DNA of 64,000 nucleotides from Candidatus Poribacteria bacterium (lineage in GTDB: Bacteria > Poribacteria > WGA-4E > GCA-2687025), in contig OY762492.1 in assembly GCA_963665845.2 (NCBI GenBank), positions 2,688,001 to 2,752,000 of the forward strand, given 5' to 3'. The translations under genes were made by a program, and so were the position numbers. The notes under the pieces were generated by a model that did no database searches, was not told the origin of the DNA, and worked only from the letters and a program-made list of their open reading frames with translations. This document shows positions 18,659-28,571 of the stretch, piece by piece (position 1 is the first letter of the stretch; each line of letters begins with the position of its first letter).

Positions 18659-19713
18659 CTGCGCGGGGCGGAGCCGAAGCGGTGGATCATAAACGGGCGG
18701 ACGGGCGGTACTACACGCGCGGAAACCCGTTTCTGTTGAAGCCCTTTCAGCGGTGGGCGAAGGAGGCGCGGTTGGATCGGCGGCGCGTTCTGGAGCCTTT
18801 TGCGGGAGCGAAGGATATACCGCGCCTGTTGGACGCGGCGGGTTATGTCGGGCTGGAATGGTCGCTTTTTGACATTCAGCCCAGCGCGGAGGGGGTGAAG
18901 CGGCGCGACACGCTCGCCGATTTTCCGACCGGTTACGGCGCATGCATCACGAACCCGCCATGGCTCGCGCGCAACTCGGCGACGCGGCGCGGTTTGCCGT
19001 TTCCGCCCGAATCACAGTATGACGATCTGTATAAGCATGCGCTTGAAAAATGCCTCGCCCATTGCGGATGGACGGCGGCGATCATCCCGGAGGCGTTTAT
19101 ACGCAGCGGACTCTTTTTGGAGCGGCTGTCCGATTTCGTCTCGCTGGTTTCCTTTGCGCCTGTTGAATCGGACGGCGGCGGCGCGCCGTCGAAGATGTTT
19201 GAGGATACAGATCATCCGGTCGGCTTGGCGCTCTTTGCGCCGTCGGCGGAGGAACAGGCGCGCGTCTGGAGAAACGACCGCTTTCTCGGCGAGCTGGGCA
19301 GTCTGCGCGCCCATCTGCCTCCCGCGTCGCGCAACCGCCGCATCGTCTTCAACAACCCGAACGGGAACCTGGGCTTGATCGCCATCGACAACACGGTTGA
19401 AGCGTCCATACGGTTCTGTCCGCCTGAAGAGCTGAAGGGTCGTCTCGTCAGCTCGCGCGATCGGTTTCTGACGGTCATCCGCGTCCCTTGGAACGCCGAC
19501 ATTGACCTGTTGAACGCGCGCTTGAGAACGCTCCGCGAAAAGACGCATGACGTGTTTTTAACGGCGTTCAAGGGTCTTCGCCAAGACGGGAAATACCGCC
19601 GCCGCCTCGGATACGCGCTCGCCCGCTCCATCATCGACATGGACAATCCGCAGCTCAAAATGAATCTGATGTTTAGCCTCAAGCCGCCAAAACGGAATGG
19701 AGACGCGCCATGA
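18655..19713 (+). CDS. putative orphan amino (N6-adenine/N4-cytosine) DNA methyltransferase
   Basis: GRYYT (motif X), LEPFAG (motif I), ITNPPW (motif IV). Confidence 0.6.
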   Translation: MTARGGAEAVDHKRADGRYYTRGNPFLLKPFQRWAKEARLDRRRVLEPFAGAKDIPRLLDAAGYVGLEWSLFDIQPSAEGVKRRDTLADFPTGYGACITNPPWLARNSATRRGLPFPPESQYDDLYKHALEKCLAHCGWTAAIIPEAFIRSGLFLERLSDFVSLVSFAPVESDGGGAPSKMFEDTDHPVGLALFAPSAEEQARVWRNDRFLGELGSLRAHLPPASRNRRIVFNNPNGNLGLIAIDNTVEASIRFCPPEELKGRLVSSRDRFLTVIRVPWNADIDLLNARLRTLREKTHDVFLTAFKGLRQDGKYRRRLGYALARSIIDMDNPQLKMNLMFSLKPPKRNGDAP

Positions 19714-21137
19714 AACGCAACGCCGTCGTCATCTGCGTCGATACTTTTCGCGCCGACATGGGAGGCTCCGGCGGCAAGCTCAGCTTCGTCAAGACGCCCA
19801 ACATCGACCGCCTGCGCGATGAGGGCGTCTCCTTCACCCGCTGCTTCGGCGAGGGCGAGCCGACGATACCGGTGCGCCGCTGCCTTTTCACGGGGCGCCG
19901 CTCTTTTCCATGGCGGCATAACATTCCAAACGAGGGGCTGCAGCCGCACGGGGGCGGCTGGCACGCCATACCGCCCGAACATGACGCGCTCGCCGAAATC
20001 CTGCATGACAACGGCTGGCTGACCGCCCTTGTCGCCGACACCTACCATATGTTCAAGCCGACGATGAACTTCACCCGCGGCTTCTTGAGCTGGCAGTTCA
20101 TACGCGGGCAGGAGAACGACCCTTACCGTTCCGGCCCGTTGAGCGGCATCGACCTTGCCGCGCACACGCCTGAAGACGACCCGACGCCGCTGAATCATCC
20201 GACGCTGGCGCAGTACCTGTTGAACGCGCAGGGGCGGACAAGCGAAGAGGATTGGCAGGCGGCGCAGGTGTTCAGAACGGCGGCGAGCTGGCTTGAACAG
20301 AACCGCGCCAACTCCCCCTTCTTCCTTTGGATCGACAGCTTCAGCCCGCATGAGCTGTGGGATCCGCCGCGTCAATACGCGGACGCCTATTTTCCGTCCA
20401 AGCCAGGTCTCAAAGATTACATCTACCCAGCCTCGTTTCGAGGCAATGTCGAGAGCTTGACCGACGACGAACGGGAACGGGTCAAGGCGCTCTATTTCGG
20501 CTTCGTTACCTTTGTCGACCGCTGGATCGGACATCTGCTGAACGCGGTGGACAGCTTGAATCTGTGGGACGACACGATCGTCATGTTCGTCACCGACCAT
20601 GGAACGGAGATGTTGGACAAGGGCAGGTTTGGCAAGAGCGCCGCCCGCCTCTACCCTTACAACACGCGCCTGAATTGGATCGTCCGCCATCCGGACGGAC
20701 CGCGCGGCGTCGAGTGTAACGCATGGACGCAGAACGATGATATGTTTCCGACGCTGCTGAACCTGCTGGGCGTTTCGGTTGAGGAATGCGACGGATACGA
20801 CGTCTGGCCGGTCGTCTCGGATCCGTCCAAGGGGGAGCGCAAGCATGCGGTCACGGGATGGGGCAACAACGTCTGCGTCCGCGGGGAGAAATGGGCGGTT
20901 CATATGAACGCGACGGCGGAGAATTACGCCGACACAGCGCGCGTGTACGACCTTGAAAACGACCCGGACGAGACGAAGAACATCGCCGAGGCGAATGCGA
21001 ATGTGATTCAGCAGGCGGCGATACGGGTTGAGCAGGCCGCCGGACCGATGCCGCTTCAATTCGATCAGTTCAAGCAGCGCGCCCGCGGACGCACGATGCG
21101 CTCTTTCGCGCCCTTGCGGTTTAAAACGGATGAATGA
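19710..21137 (+). CDS. sulfatase-like hydrolase (Thr at the nucleophile position)
   Basis: N.VVICVDTFRAD, TPNIDRL, TIPVRRCLFTG, PHELWDPP, TDHG, YDLENDPDE. Confidence 0.85.
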   Translation: MKRNAVVICVDTFRADMGGSGGKLSFVKTPNIDRLRDEGVSFTRCFGEGEPTIPVRRCLFTGRRSFPWRHNIPNEGLQPHGGGWHAIPPEHDALAEILHDNGWLTALVADTYHMFKPTMNFTRGFLSWQFIRGQENDPYRSGPLSGIDLAAHTPEDDPTPLNHPTLAQYLLNAQGRTSEEDWQAAQVFRTAASWLEQNRANSPFFLWIDSFSPHELWDPPRQYADAYFPSKPGLKDYIYPASFRGNVESLTDDERERVKALYFGFVTFVDRWIGHLLNAVDSLNLWDDTIVMFVTDHGTEMLDKGRFGKSAARLYPYNTRLNWIVRHPDGPRGVECNAWTQNDDMFPTLLNLLGVSVEECDGYDVWPVVSDPSKGERKHAVTGWGNNVCVRGEKWAVHMNATAENYADTARVYDLENDPDETKNIAEANANVIQQAAIRVEQAAGPMPLQFDQFKQRARGRTMRSFAPLRFKTDE

Positions 21138-22665
21138 TCTTCAACGCTGCTATGAGGCGTTCGTTTTTTTAAAAAAAGAGATGTCGCGCTGGCTGTCGCA
21201 GAGCGCGCGCATGGACGGACCCGGCCCGAACGGCGGCGGAGAAGATGAAGCGAATTACGCGCTCGCATGGTTTCAACATTATCTCATAACGCGCGAAGAG
21301 GCGGCGGCGCGCCATTTCCGCGAACTGCTGTCGGCGCTGAAAGGCTGGGTCGAACGCGAATGCGTCAACGGGTATGAGCCGAAGGCGGAGGCGCACCATG
21401 GGACGGAACCGTTTTTGCTGTTTCTGCCGAGGTATATTGATCTGTTTCCTGAAGACGAGTCGGCGCGGCGTCTGCTTCTAGGGGCGGCGCAGCATATCGG
21501 CAACTGGCATCCCGAATCGCCCGATTGGTTCGATGAACGGCGCGGCTGTTTCCGCTCGTTTCATTTGGGAACGCGCCATGTCGGAAACGATCCGCGGTAT
21601 GCGTATGAGTTCACTGATCACATCCGTTTTCTTCATATCGCGCTTGCCGCCTACCGCGCGTCGGGTCGACAGCGGTATGTGGACTGGGCGTTTCAATATG
21701 GGCGCGTCTGGGCGAAGCGGATCGCGGCATGCGAGACGATCCCTGTTATCTGGACGCAGGCGGGCGAGCCGGTCGCCGCGGACGTTTTACCGCAAAGTCT
21801 TGACCCGCGAACGCGCCGCGCCGCCGCTGGACATCATATCCCGAACGATCCGTTGAGCGGCGTTGAAAACCTGCTGGCGTCCGGCGCCGTCTATGCGTTT
21901 GGAGACCTGTTTAGCTTGAACCGCGAGCCGCAGTTTGCGCAGGCGGCAAACCGAATCGCGTCGCCGTTGATCTCAACATTGAGCGACCCGTTCGCCGACC
22001 CTGGCGCCGCCGCGTTGAGTTACACGCGCCATGCGTTTGGCGACAGGTCGCTGGACGCGCCGCTTCTGGAGGAGATCGCGCGTTTTCCTAAAGAGCCGCC
22101 GCGGCCGCTGGCAATGCTTTTCCCTGAAGAGCGGAAACGGCGGGAGCCGGGCGTCGGAAAACGCAGCGACATGATCTACTGGGCGGAATGGCAAGAGGAC
22201 GGATCGGCGCGTCCCTTACAGGCGCCGACGACCGCCGCGTATGCGCTCGCTTATCAGATGACGCGCGAACCGATCTATGCGCGTATCGCGCTGGAGACCG
22301 CCGGACGCAAACTGGCGATGGCGCGGCGCGTTCTGCGCGGCGGACGGGAGCATGCGGACATGGGCGGCGCGGTCTGTTCTGTGGCGGCGGGGCATGGACG
22401 CAACTGGGGCTGCGGCGCCGTGACAGGCTGTTATGGTCCGCTGCTCTTGGGTACGCGCGAGATTCTCGGCGCTGTGACGCCGCGCTATGAGTTTGCCGGC
22501 GGCAAAGTCCCAGACGGCTTGCTGCCGCTCGCGTCGGACGGCTCCGTCCTGTTTTACAACGGCTCAAAAAAGCGGCTTGATATCGAATGGCGCCCGTTCG
22601 GAAAATCGGGTTGGGAAAAACTGACGCTGCAGTCGTCCGAGTCGGCGGAGCGGAATCTGGAATGA
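21130..22665 (+). CDS. hypothetical protein (predicted helix-rich)
   Basis: 511-aa ORF overlapping neighbours in an operon-like manner; no motif recognised. Confidence 0.7.
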   Translation: MNDLQRCYEAFVFLKKEMSRWLSQSARMDGPGPNGGGEDEANYALAWFQHYLITREEAAARHFRELLSALKGWVERECVNGYEPKAEAHHGTEPFLLFLPRYIDLFPEDESARRLLLGAAQHIGNWHPESPDWFDERRGCFRSFHLGTRHVGNDPRYAYEFTDHIRFLHIALAAYRASGRQRYVDWAFQYGRVWAKRIAACETIPVIWTQAGEPVAADVLPQSLDPRTRRAAAGHHIPNDPLSGVENLLASGAVYAFGDLFSLNREPQFAQAANRIASPLISTLSDPFADPGAAALSYTRHAFGDRSLDAPLLEEIARFPKEPPRPLAMLFPEERKRREPGVGKRSDMIYWAEWQEDGSARPLQAPTTAAYALAYQMTREPIYARIALETAGRKLAMARRVLRGGREHADMGGAVCSVAAGHGRNWGCGAVTGCYGPLLLGTREILGAVTPRYEFAGGKVPDGLLPLASDGSVLFYNGSKKRLDIEWRPFGKSGWEKLTLQSSESAERNLE

Positions 22666-23288
22666 ACGCGGCGGGGCTGCTGCTGGCGGCGGGCGCATCA
22701 AGGCGAATGGGAACGCCCAAGGCGCTCCTCCCCTTCGGCGATGCGACCGTCATAGAGCGCGGCGTCCAGAATTTTAAAGAGGCCGGCGTTCAGCATGTCG
22801 TTGTGGTATTGGGTTTTTGGGAAAAGGAGATACGGCGCGCCTGCCCCGATCTGTTCAGCGGAAAAGTAACGGCGGCGCTGAATCCTCAACCCGAACTCGG
22901 TATGCTCTCTTCGGTTCAATGCGGGTTGCGCGCGGCGGCGAAGCTGGGCGTTGAGGCGGTTCTCCTCGCGCTGCTTGACCAGCCGTTCGTCCCTCCGTTC
23001 GTCTATCGGCAGACGCTGGAGGGCTGTCAAACGAAGCTTATCTCGATTCCTCAATACAACGGACGAAGCGGACATCCGATCGCCGTGTCGATGCGGCTCG
23101 CCGAGGAGGTATTGGCGATGAACCCTGAAAGGCAGACGCTGCGCGACTTCGTCCGCGCGGAGCCTGGGCGGGTTCAGCCCGTATCGGCGGGAACGAACGC
23201 TATTCTGCGCGACATGGACGCCCCGTCAGAGTATCATAAGGAGTTGAAGCGGCTTCAGAAGAAACATGGAGAGAGCGATGCTCCCTAA
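22662..23288 (+). CDS. MobA/MocA-like nucleotidyltransferase (molybdenum cofactor cytidylyltransferase-like)
   Basis: LLAAGASRRMGTPKALL, DQPFV, GHP, DMDAP. Confidence 0.85.
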   Translation: MNAAGLLLAAGASRRMGTPKALLPFGDATVIERGVQNFKEAGVQHVVVVLGFWEKEIRRACPDLFSGKVTAALNPQPELGMLSSVQCGLRAAAKLGVEAVLLALLDQPFVPPFVYRQTLEGCQTKLISIPQYNGRSGHPIAVSMRLAEEVLAMNPERQTLRDFVRAEPGRVQPVSAGTNAILRDMDAPSEYHKELKRLQKKHGESDAP

Positions 23289-23982
23289 AGCGATCCTGTT
23301 CGACCTAGACGACACGATCTTGCGGTTCTCCGACTCCGGCGCCGACCGCTGGCGCGAGATCTGTATGGACGCTGGACCGCGGCTTTCGCTGTCTCCGTCG
23401 GCGCTGTTTGACGCGATTCATTCGACGGCAAATGCGTTTTGGAGCAGCCCTGAACGGACGCCCGCCGACCGGTTCGATTTTCCCAAAAGCCGCCGCCGCG
23501 TCGTTCAAAAGGCGTTTGAGTCGCTTGAGATCGACAATCCTGAATTTGCCGTAGAGCTGGCGGACCTGTTCTCGGCGACGCGGGACGAAGGCATCGCCCC
23601 GTTCCCCGGCGCCATCGAGACGCTGAAACGTTTGCGCTCAAAAGGCGTCCGCTTGGCGATGGTCACCAACGGAAGCGAGGAGGCGCAGCGGGCGAAGATC
23701 AACCGCTTTCAGCTGGAGCCGTATTTTGAGTATATTTTAATAGAGGGGGAATTCGGCGCCGGGAAGCCGGAGCCGATCGTGTATGAAACCGCGTTGAACG
23801 CTGTAGAGGCGGAGCCGAGCGAGGCGTGGATGGTGGGCGACAGCCTAGAAAACGAGGTGGCGGGACCGCAGCGCCTCGGCATTTACGCCGTCTGGCGCGA
23901 CAACGCGGGGCGCGGACTCCCGCCCAACAGCGCCATCAAGCCCGACCGTATTATCCGATCCATCGCGGAGCTGCTGCCATGA
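23266..23982 (+). CDS. HAD-superfamily hydrolase
   Basis: FDLDDTI, VTNG, GKP, MVGDS. Confidence 0.9.
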   Translation: MERAMLPKAILFDLDDTILRFSDSGADRWREICMDAGPRLSLSPSALFDAIHSTANAFWSSPERTPADRFDFPKSRRRVVQKAFESLEIDNPEFAVELADLFSATRDEGIAPFPGAIETLKRLRSKGVRLAMVTNGSEEAQRAKINRFQLEPYFEYILIEGEFGAGKPEPIVYETALNAVEAEPSEAWMVGDSLENEVAGPQRLGIYAVWRDNAGRGLPPNSAIKPDRIIRSIAELLP

Positions 23983-25412
23983 GCATACGAGACGCCTACA
24001 GATCGCCGTTGACGGAGCGTTACGCCAGCGCGGAGATGTGCCGCATTTTTTCCGCGCAATTCCGCTCCGAAATCTTCCGCCGCCTCTGGATCGCGCTCGC
24101 GGAGGCGCAGCGGGAACTCGGCTTGCAGATCAGCGCGGCGCAGATCGAAGCGATGCGCGCCAACATAACGAACATTGACCATGAGTACATCGCCCAAAAA
24201 GAGCGGGAGATACGCCACGACATCATGGCGCATATCCACGCCTTCGGGGAGGTTGCGCCGACAGCCAGAGCGGTCATCCATCTCGGCGCGACGAGCGCCT
24301 ATATCGGCGACAACGCCGACCTGATACAGACGCGCGACGCGCTGCGCATAGTAGAAAAGCGGCTGTTGAACGCGATGGCGCCGCTCGCGTCGTTCGCCGA
24401 ACAGTATAAGGCGCTGCCGACGCTTGGGTTCACGCATTATCAGCCCGCCCAGCCGACGACGGTCGGCAAACGCGCCTGCCTGTGGCTCCATGACCTGCTG
24501 ATGGACTGGCATGATCTCCAATACAGGCTGAACAAGTTTGCCTTTAGAGGCGCGAAGGGCGCCACCGGAACGCAGGCAAGCTTTCTCAAGCTGTTTGAAG
24601 GAGACGGCGAAAAGGTCGCCCGGCTGGATCGCCTCGTCGCCGAGAAGATGGGTTTTCAGGGCGCCTTTCCGGTGACGGGGCAAACCTATCCGCGCAAACT
24701 GGACGCGCAAACGGCGGCTCTTCTGTCCGGCATTGCGCAGTCGGCGTCCAAGTTCAGCGGCGACATTCGCCTGCTGCAAAACCTGAAGGAGATTGAGGAG
24801 CCGTTCGGCGCCAAGCAGGTCGGGTCGTCCGCGATGCCGTATAAACGGAACCCGATGCGTTCGGAGCGGATCGGGGCTTTGTCGCGGTATATGTTGACGG
24901 CGGCGCAAAGTCCGGCGGCGACGGCGGCGTCTCAATGGTTTGAACGGACGCTGGACGACTCGGCGAACAAGCGCATCGTCATGCCGGAGATGTTTTTGGC
25001 GGCGGACGCGGTGTTGATTCTTGTTCAGAATACGGCGTCGGGGCTGGTCGTCCATGAGAAGATGATCGAGAAGCGTCTTCGGGCGGAGCTGCCGTTCATG
25101 GCGGCGGAAAATATACTCATGGAGGCGGTGAAGCAGGGCGGCGACCGTCAGGAGCTGCATGAGCGTCTGCGGGAGGCGGCGCAGGAGGCGGGCAGGCGCG
25201 TCAAACAGGGCGAAGAGAACGACCTGCTAGAGCGCATCGCTTCAGACAAGGCGTTCGGTTTGGACAGAGCGGCTCTAGAGTCGGCGCTGGACCCGCATGC
25301 GTATATCGGGCGCGCCGAAGAGCAGACGGAGGCGTTTTTGGATGAACATATCCGCCCGATACTAGAAAGCCGCGCGGACGATCTTGATCAAGGCGAAGAG
25401 CTGCGCGTCTAA
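23979..25412 (+). CDS. purB: adenylosuccinate lyase
   Basis: RHDIMAH, LGATS, GFTHYQPAQPTTVGKR, GSSAMPYKRNP, FERTLDDSA. Confidence 0.95.
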   Translation: MSIRDAYRSPLTERYASAEMCRIFSAQFRSEIFRRLWIALAEAQRELGLQISAAQIEAMRANITNIDHEYIAQKEREIRHDIMAHIHAFGEVAPTARAVIHLGATSAYIGDNADLIQTRDALRIVEKRLLNAMAPLASFAEQYKALPTLGFTHYQPAQPTTVGKRACLWLHDLLMDWHDLQYRLNKFAFRGAKGATGTQASFLKLFEGDGEKVARLDRLVAEKMGFQGAFPVTGQTYPRKLDAQTAALLSGIAQSASKFSGDIRLLQNLKEIEEPFGAKQVGSSAMPYKRNPMRSERIGALSRYMLTAAQSPAATAASQWFERTLDDSANKRIVMPEMFLAADAVLILVQNTASGLVVHEKMIEKRLRAELPFMAAENILMEAVKQGGDRQELHERLREAAQEAGRRVKQGEENDLLERIASDKAFGLDRAALESALDPHAYIGRAEEQTEAFLDEHIRPILESRADDLDQGEELRV

Positions 25413-25449
25413 TTCGTTATTCAGATTTGCGGTAAACGCGCGGAAATCG

Positions 25450-25680
25450 AGAGGCGCGGCGTCCGATTCCCCTTGAAAAAGGGGCTAGGGGGTTTGGCGC
25501 TCGGGTTGCGCTTGGTTTTGAACTAGGATGGAAGGATGATTAAGATTGCCAAGAGAGCGGCTTACGGGAATCCTCTTGGCAATCCTAGTTCAGACGGCAG
25601 ACAGTTTCGGCGGCGCCTCTGGATTCCCGCGCGTTCACCGCAAGGGCGGGAATGCATGTCCTCGCGGAAGCGGGGAACGA
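25450..25680. repeat. composite intergenic palindromic repeat
   Basis: 25450-25600 is roughly the reverse complement of 60680-60845; includes the TGAACTAGGAT..ATCCTAGTTCA inverted repeat and the GGGAATGCATGTCCTCGCGGAAGCGGGG module. Confidence 0.85.
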
Positions 25681-25700
25681 CCTAGCATTCCGCGTTTGCC

Positions 25701-25729
25701 TTGAACAATCCGCCCGTCAGCGCCATAAT
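25701..25729 (+). promoter_or_regulatory. putative sigma70 promoter
   Basis: TTGAAC-17 bp-CATAAT upstream of 25768. Confidence 0.45.
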
Positions 25730-25767
25730 CTGATAGACGCAAAACGAAAAAGAAACGGAGAGCAACT

Positions 25768-26604
25768 ATGAAAGCGTTCACAGCCGCGGCCGCAGCCGTA
25801 CTCATGGCGCTTGGCGCGTTGACGGCGTCCGCGGGGCAATGGTACATCGGAATCGGCGGCGGAGTCGTCTTCGGTCCCGCCCTCGATATGAGCGGACACA
25901 ACCTCGACACAACCCGCTACCCCGACTGGGACTACACAGGTCTGCCCGACGACAAGCCCGAAGGCTACCGATGGTTCTACGATCTTGAGACGGACGCCGG
26001 CTACGCCTTCCCTGATGAAGCCGCCGTCGGATACATGATGTATGAGGAAGGCGAAGGCGGCGCCCGCATCGAATTCGCCTACTCCCGCCGAACGCAGCCG
26101 CTTGAGCAGGTCTTCAAAGACCTGACATTCCTGGACGAATCCGCCATTCAACCGAACAACAGCGGCGTTAATGCCGATTTTAAATCGGAAATCGGCGATC
26201 TGACCAACAGCGTTGCCGCTCTCAATCTCTACTACGATCAGCCTGTCGCCGACCGCGTTAAAGCGTATCTAGGCGTCGGGGGCGGGATCGCCCGCGTGAA
26301 CATCTCCGACCTCTTCTTCCGAGTCAACTACACCGACGCCGACGGGGTCGCGTTGAGCGAATACGACAGCGCCCAGTGCGAAGATTTTTTAGAAACCGCC
26401 TTCGCCGCCAACATCCATGCAGGCGTCGACTACCAGCTCACCCGAACCCTCCTTGCCGGCTTGAAATGGAGTTACGCGGTCATCGGAGAGATTGAATCGG
26501 TCAGCAATTATATGGAGCATCCGATTCCAGAGTTGACGAACACCACCGTTTTCAGCGGCAACCGGCAATGGTCGCTTGCCTTCGCCCTGAAATACATGCT
26601 TTAA
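25768..26604 (+). CDS. outer membrane beta-barrel protein (8-stranded, Opa/OmpA-TM-like)
   Basis: signal peptide, WYIGIGGG first strand, N.YYD, YLGVGGGIA, AGVDY, aromatic C-terminal strand (LKYML). Confidence 0.75.
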   Translation: MKAFTAAAAAVLMALGALTASAGQWYIGIGGGVVFGPALDMSGHNLDTTRYPDWDYTGLPDDKPEGYRWFYDLETDAGYAFPDEAAVGYMMYEEGEGGARIEFAYSRRTQPLEQVFKDLTFLDESAIQPNNSGVNADFKSEIGDLTNSVAALNLYYDQPVADRVKAYLGVGGGIARVNISDLFFRVNYTDADGVALSEYDSAQCEDFLETAFAANIHAGVDYQLTRTLLAGLKWSYAVIGEIESVSNYMEHPIPELTNTTVFSGNRQWSLAFALKYML

Positions 26605-26669
26605 ACGAAAAAGCGCTGTATCATGGGCGCGTTGAGTAAGCAATTCACAAAACGCAAACGGAGATTTGC

Positions 26670-27182
26670 ATGACGCGATTCATAAACATGGCGCTGGCTG
26701 CGAAAGTTGCCGCGGCCTTGTGCCTGATGACGTTCATCGGAACCCCACATGCCTTCGCCGGCAACCATGAGGCGCATGAAACCGAAACCCAGGTAAAGTA
26801 CGTCTCCCATAAAAGTCCTGTCCTCGCTTTCGTGGCATCCTTTGTCATTACAGGAGCCGGCCAGGTTTACAACGGAGAGTGGAAGAAAGGCGCGGTTCAA
26901 TTCGTGGGGGCTACGGCAGGCGCCGTAATGGTGCTGAGCGCAGTGGGCGAAGATGAAACTCTGGACGAAGACGACAACGCGACCCTTGCGGGCATTGGAG
27001 CCTTGGTATGGGTCGGCTCCGCCGTGTGGTCATTGATTGACGCGCCGATTTCCGCCAACCGAATCAACCGAGAGGCGCAGTCCGCGCATCTGTTTCAGAT
27101 GGACGCGGGACCCTTCATCGTCGGGGCGGATCCTGTCGTCCGGCGGAACGGCATGGGAGGAGCGTTGACGCTCCGTTTTTAA
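26670..27182 (+). CDS. exported membrane protein, DUF5683/TM2-like, paralogue 1
   Basis: KSP.LAF..SF..GAGQ.YNG..KG; WS.IDAP; C-terminal LTLRF. Confidence 0.7.
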   Translation: MTRFINMALAAKVAAALCLMTFIGTPHAFAGNHEAHETETQVKYVSHKSPVLAFVASFVITGAGQVYNGEWKKGAVQFVGATAGAVMVLSAVGEDETLDEDDNATLAGIGALVWVGSAVWSLIDAPISANRINREAQSAHLFQMDAGPFIVGADPVVRRNGMGGALTLRF

Positions 27183-27249
27183 CCGCTGGACAAGCGGCAG
27201 AGGCGCCCGGCGCGTCTCTGCCGTACCCGGCTCTTTTCTAGGAGAAAAC

Positions 27250-27885
27250 ATGCGGCGTTTTGGCGTTCTTTTTTGCTTCGCCGCCTTGATGGGACTGGGA
27301 GCTTCGGAAGCGTCTGCGCAGCAGGCGATGGAAGATGTCGTTTATTTGAAGGACGGCAGCATCCTCCGCGGGACGATCATTGAGATGACACCGGGCAAAA
27401 CCCTGAAAATCCAAACGCGGGACGGCAATATCCTTACGTACGACATGGATAAAGTGGCGCGCATGACCAGAGAGCCGGCGGTCGGCGGTCAGAAATCGCC
27501 TGTCTACAAGAAAATCCCCGCTCTCTCTTTCGCGCTTTCTTTTTTCGTTCCAGGAACTGGGCAGTTTTACAACGGCCAACCGGGAAAAGGCGCGATTCAA
27601 TTAGGTGTAGCTGCGTTCGGTCTCGCTCTGTTGCTTGTGGAAACACAAGCCGGGGTTCTGATGGCTGTAACTGGAACAGGTGAAGGCGGCTCTTTCAATG
27701 GAGCCTGGATATATTTTGGAGCATGGCTGTGGTCAGTGATTGACGCCCCGATTTCCGCCAACCGAATCAACCGAGAGGCGCAGTCCGCTCATCTGTTTCA
27801 GATGGACGCGGGACCCTTCATCGTCGGGGCGGATCCTGTCGTCCGGCGGAACGGCATGGGAGGAGCGTTGACGCTTCGTTTTTAA
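27250..27885 (+). CDS. exported membrane protein, DUF5683/TM2-like, paralogue 2
   Basis: signal peptide, DVVYLKDGSILRG small beta domain, PGTGQFYNG, same C-terminus as paralogue 1. Confidence 0.75.
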   Translation: MRRFGVLFCFAALMGLGASEASAQQAMEDVVYLKDGSILRGTIIEMTPGKTLKIQTRDGNILTYDMDKVARMTREPAVGGQKSPVYKKIPALSFALSFFVPGTGQFYNGQPGKGAIQLGVAAFGLALLLVETQAGVLMAVTGTGEGGSFNGAWIYFGAWLWSVIDAPISANRINREAQSAHLFQMDAGPFIVGADPVVRRNGMGGALTLRF

Positions 27886-27920
27886 CCGCCGTTCCCAGCT
27901 CTCTTTCGAGTAGGAGAAAC

Positions 27921-28535
27921 ATGCAACGTTTGAGCATTCTTTTTTGCCTCGCCGCTTTGACGGGACTGGGCGCTTCGGAAGCGTCTGCGCAGCAGGCGAT
28001 GGAAGATGTCGTTTATTTGAAGGACGGCAGCATCCTCCGCGGGACGATCCTTGAGATTACACCGGGCAAAACCCTGAAAATCCAAATGCGCGACGGCAAT
28101 ATCCTTACGTACGACATGGATAAAGTGGAGCGCATGACCAGAGAGCCGGCGGTCGGCAGTCAGAAATTGCTTGTCTACAAGAAAATCCCCGCTCTCTCTT
28201 TCGCGCTTTCTTTTGCCATTCCAGGAGCCGGGCAGTGTTACAACGGCCAACCGGGAAAAGGCGCGCTTCTATTCGGAGCGGCGGCGTTAGGACTCGTACT
28301 CGGAGCAGCCGGAAGCGGAAGCAACGACTTGATGTTTATACCGAGTCCATTCATACTTCTTGTTCCCGTCGCTTGGATCTGGTCGTGGATCGACGCGCCA
28401 ATGACCGCCTTTCGAATCAACCGAGAGGCGCAGTCCGCGCATCTGTTTCAGATGGACGCCGGCCCCTTCGTTGTCGGCGCCGATCCTGTCGTCCGGCGGA
28501 ACGGCGCCGGCGGCGCGTTGACAATCCGTTTTTGA
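27921..28535 (+). CDS. exported membrane protein, DUF5683/TM2-like, paralogue 3
   Basis: N-terminal part near identical to paralogue 2; C-terminus LTIRF. Confidence 0.75.
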   Translation: MQRLSILFCLAALTGLGASEASAQQAMEDVVYLKDGSILRGTILEITPGKTLKIQMRDGNILTYDMDKVERMTREPAVGSQKLLVYKKIPALSFALSFAIPGAGQCYNGQPGKGALLFGAAALGLVLGAAGSGSNDLMFIPSPFILLVPVAWIWSWIDAPMTAFRINREAQSAHLFQMDAGPFVVGADPVVRRNGAGGALTIRF

Positions 28536-28571
28536 TTCGGTAGAATCGGCATGAGCTTTGGAAACGGAGGC

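Noticed and set aside
26670-28535. Diversity-generating retroelement template/variable repeats
   Set aside because: Differences between copies are few and not evidently adenine-specific, and there is no reverse transcriptase in the window.
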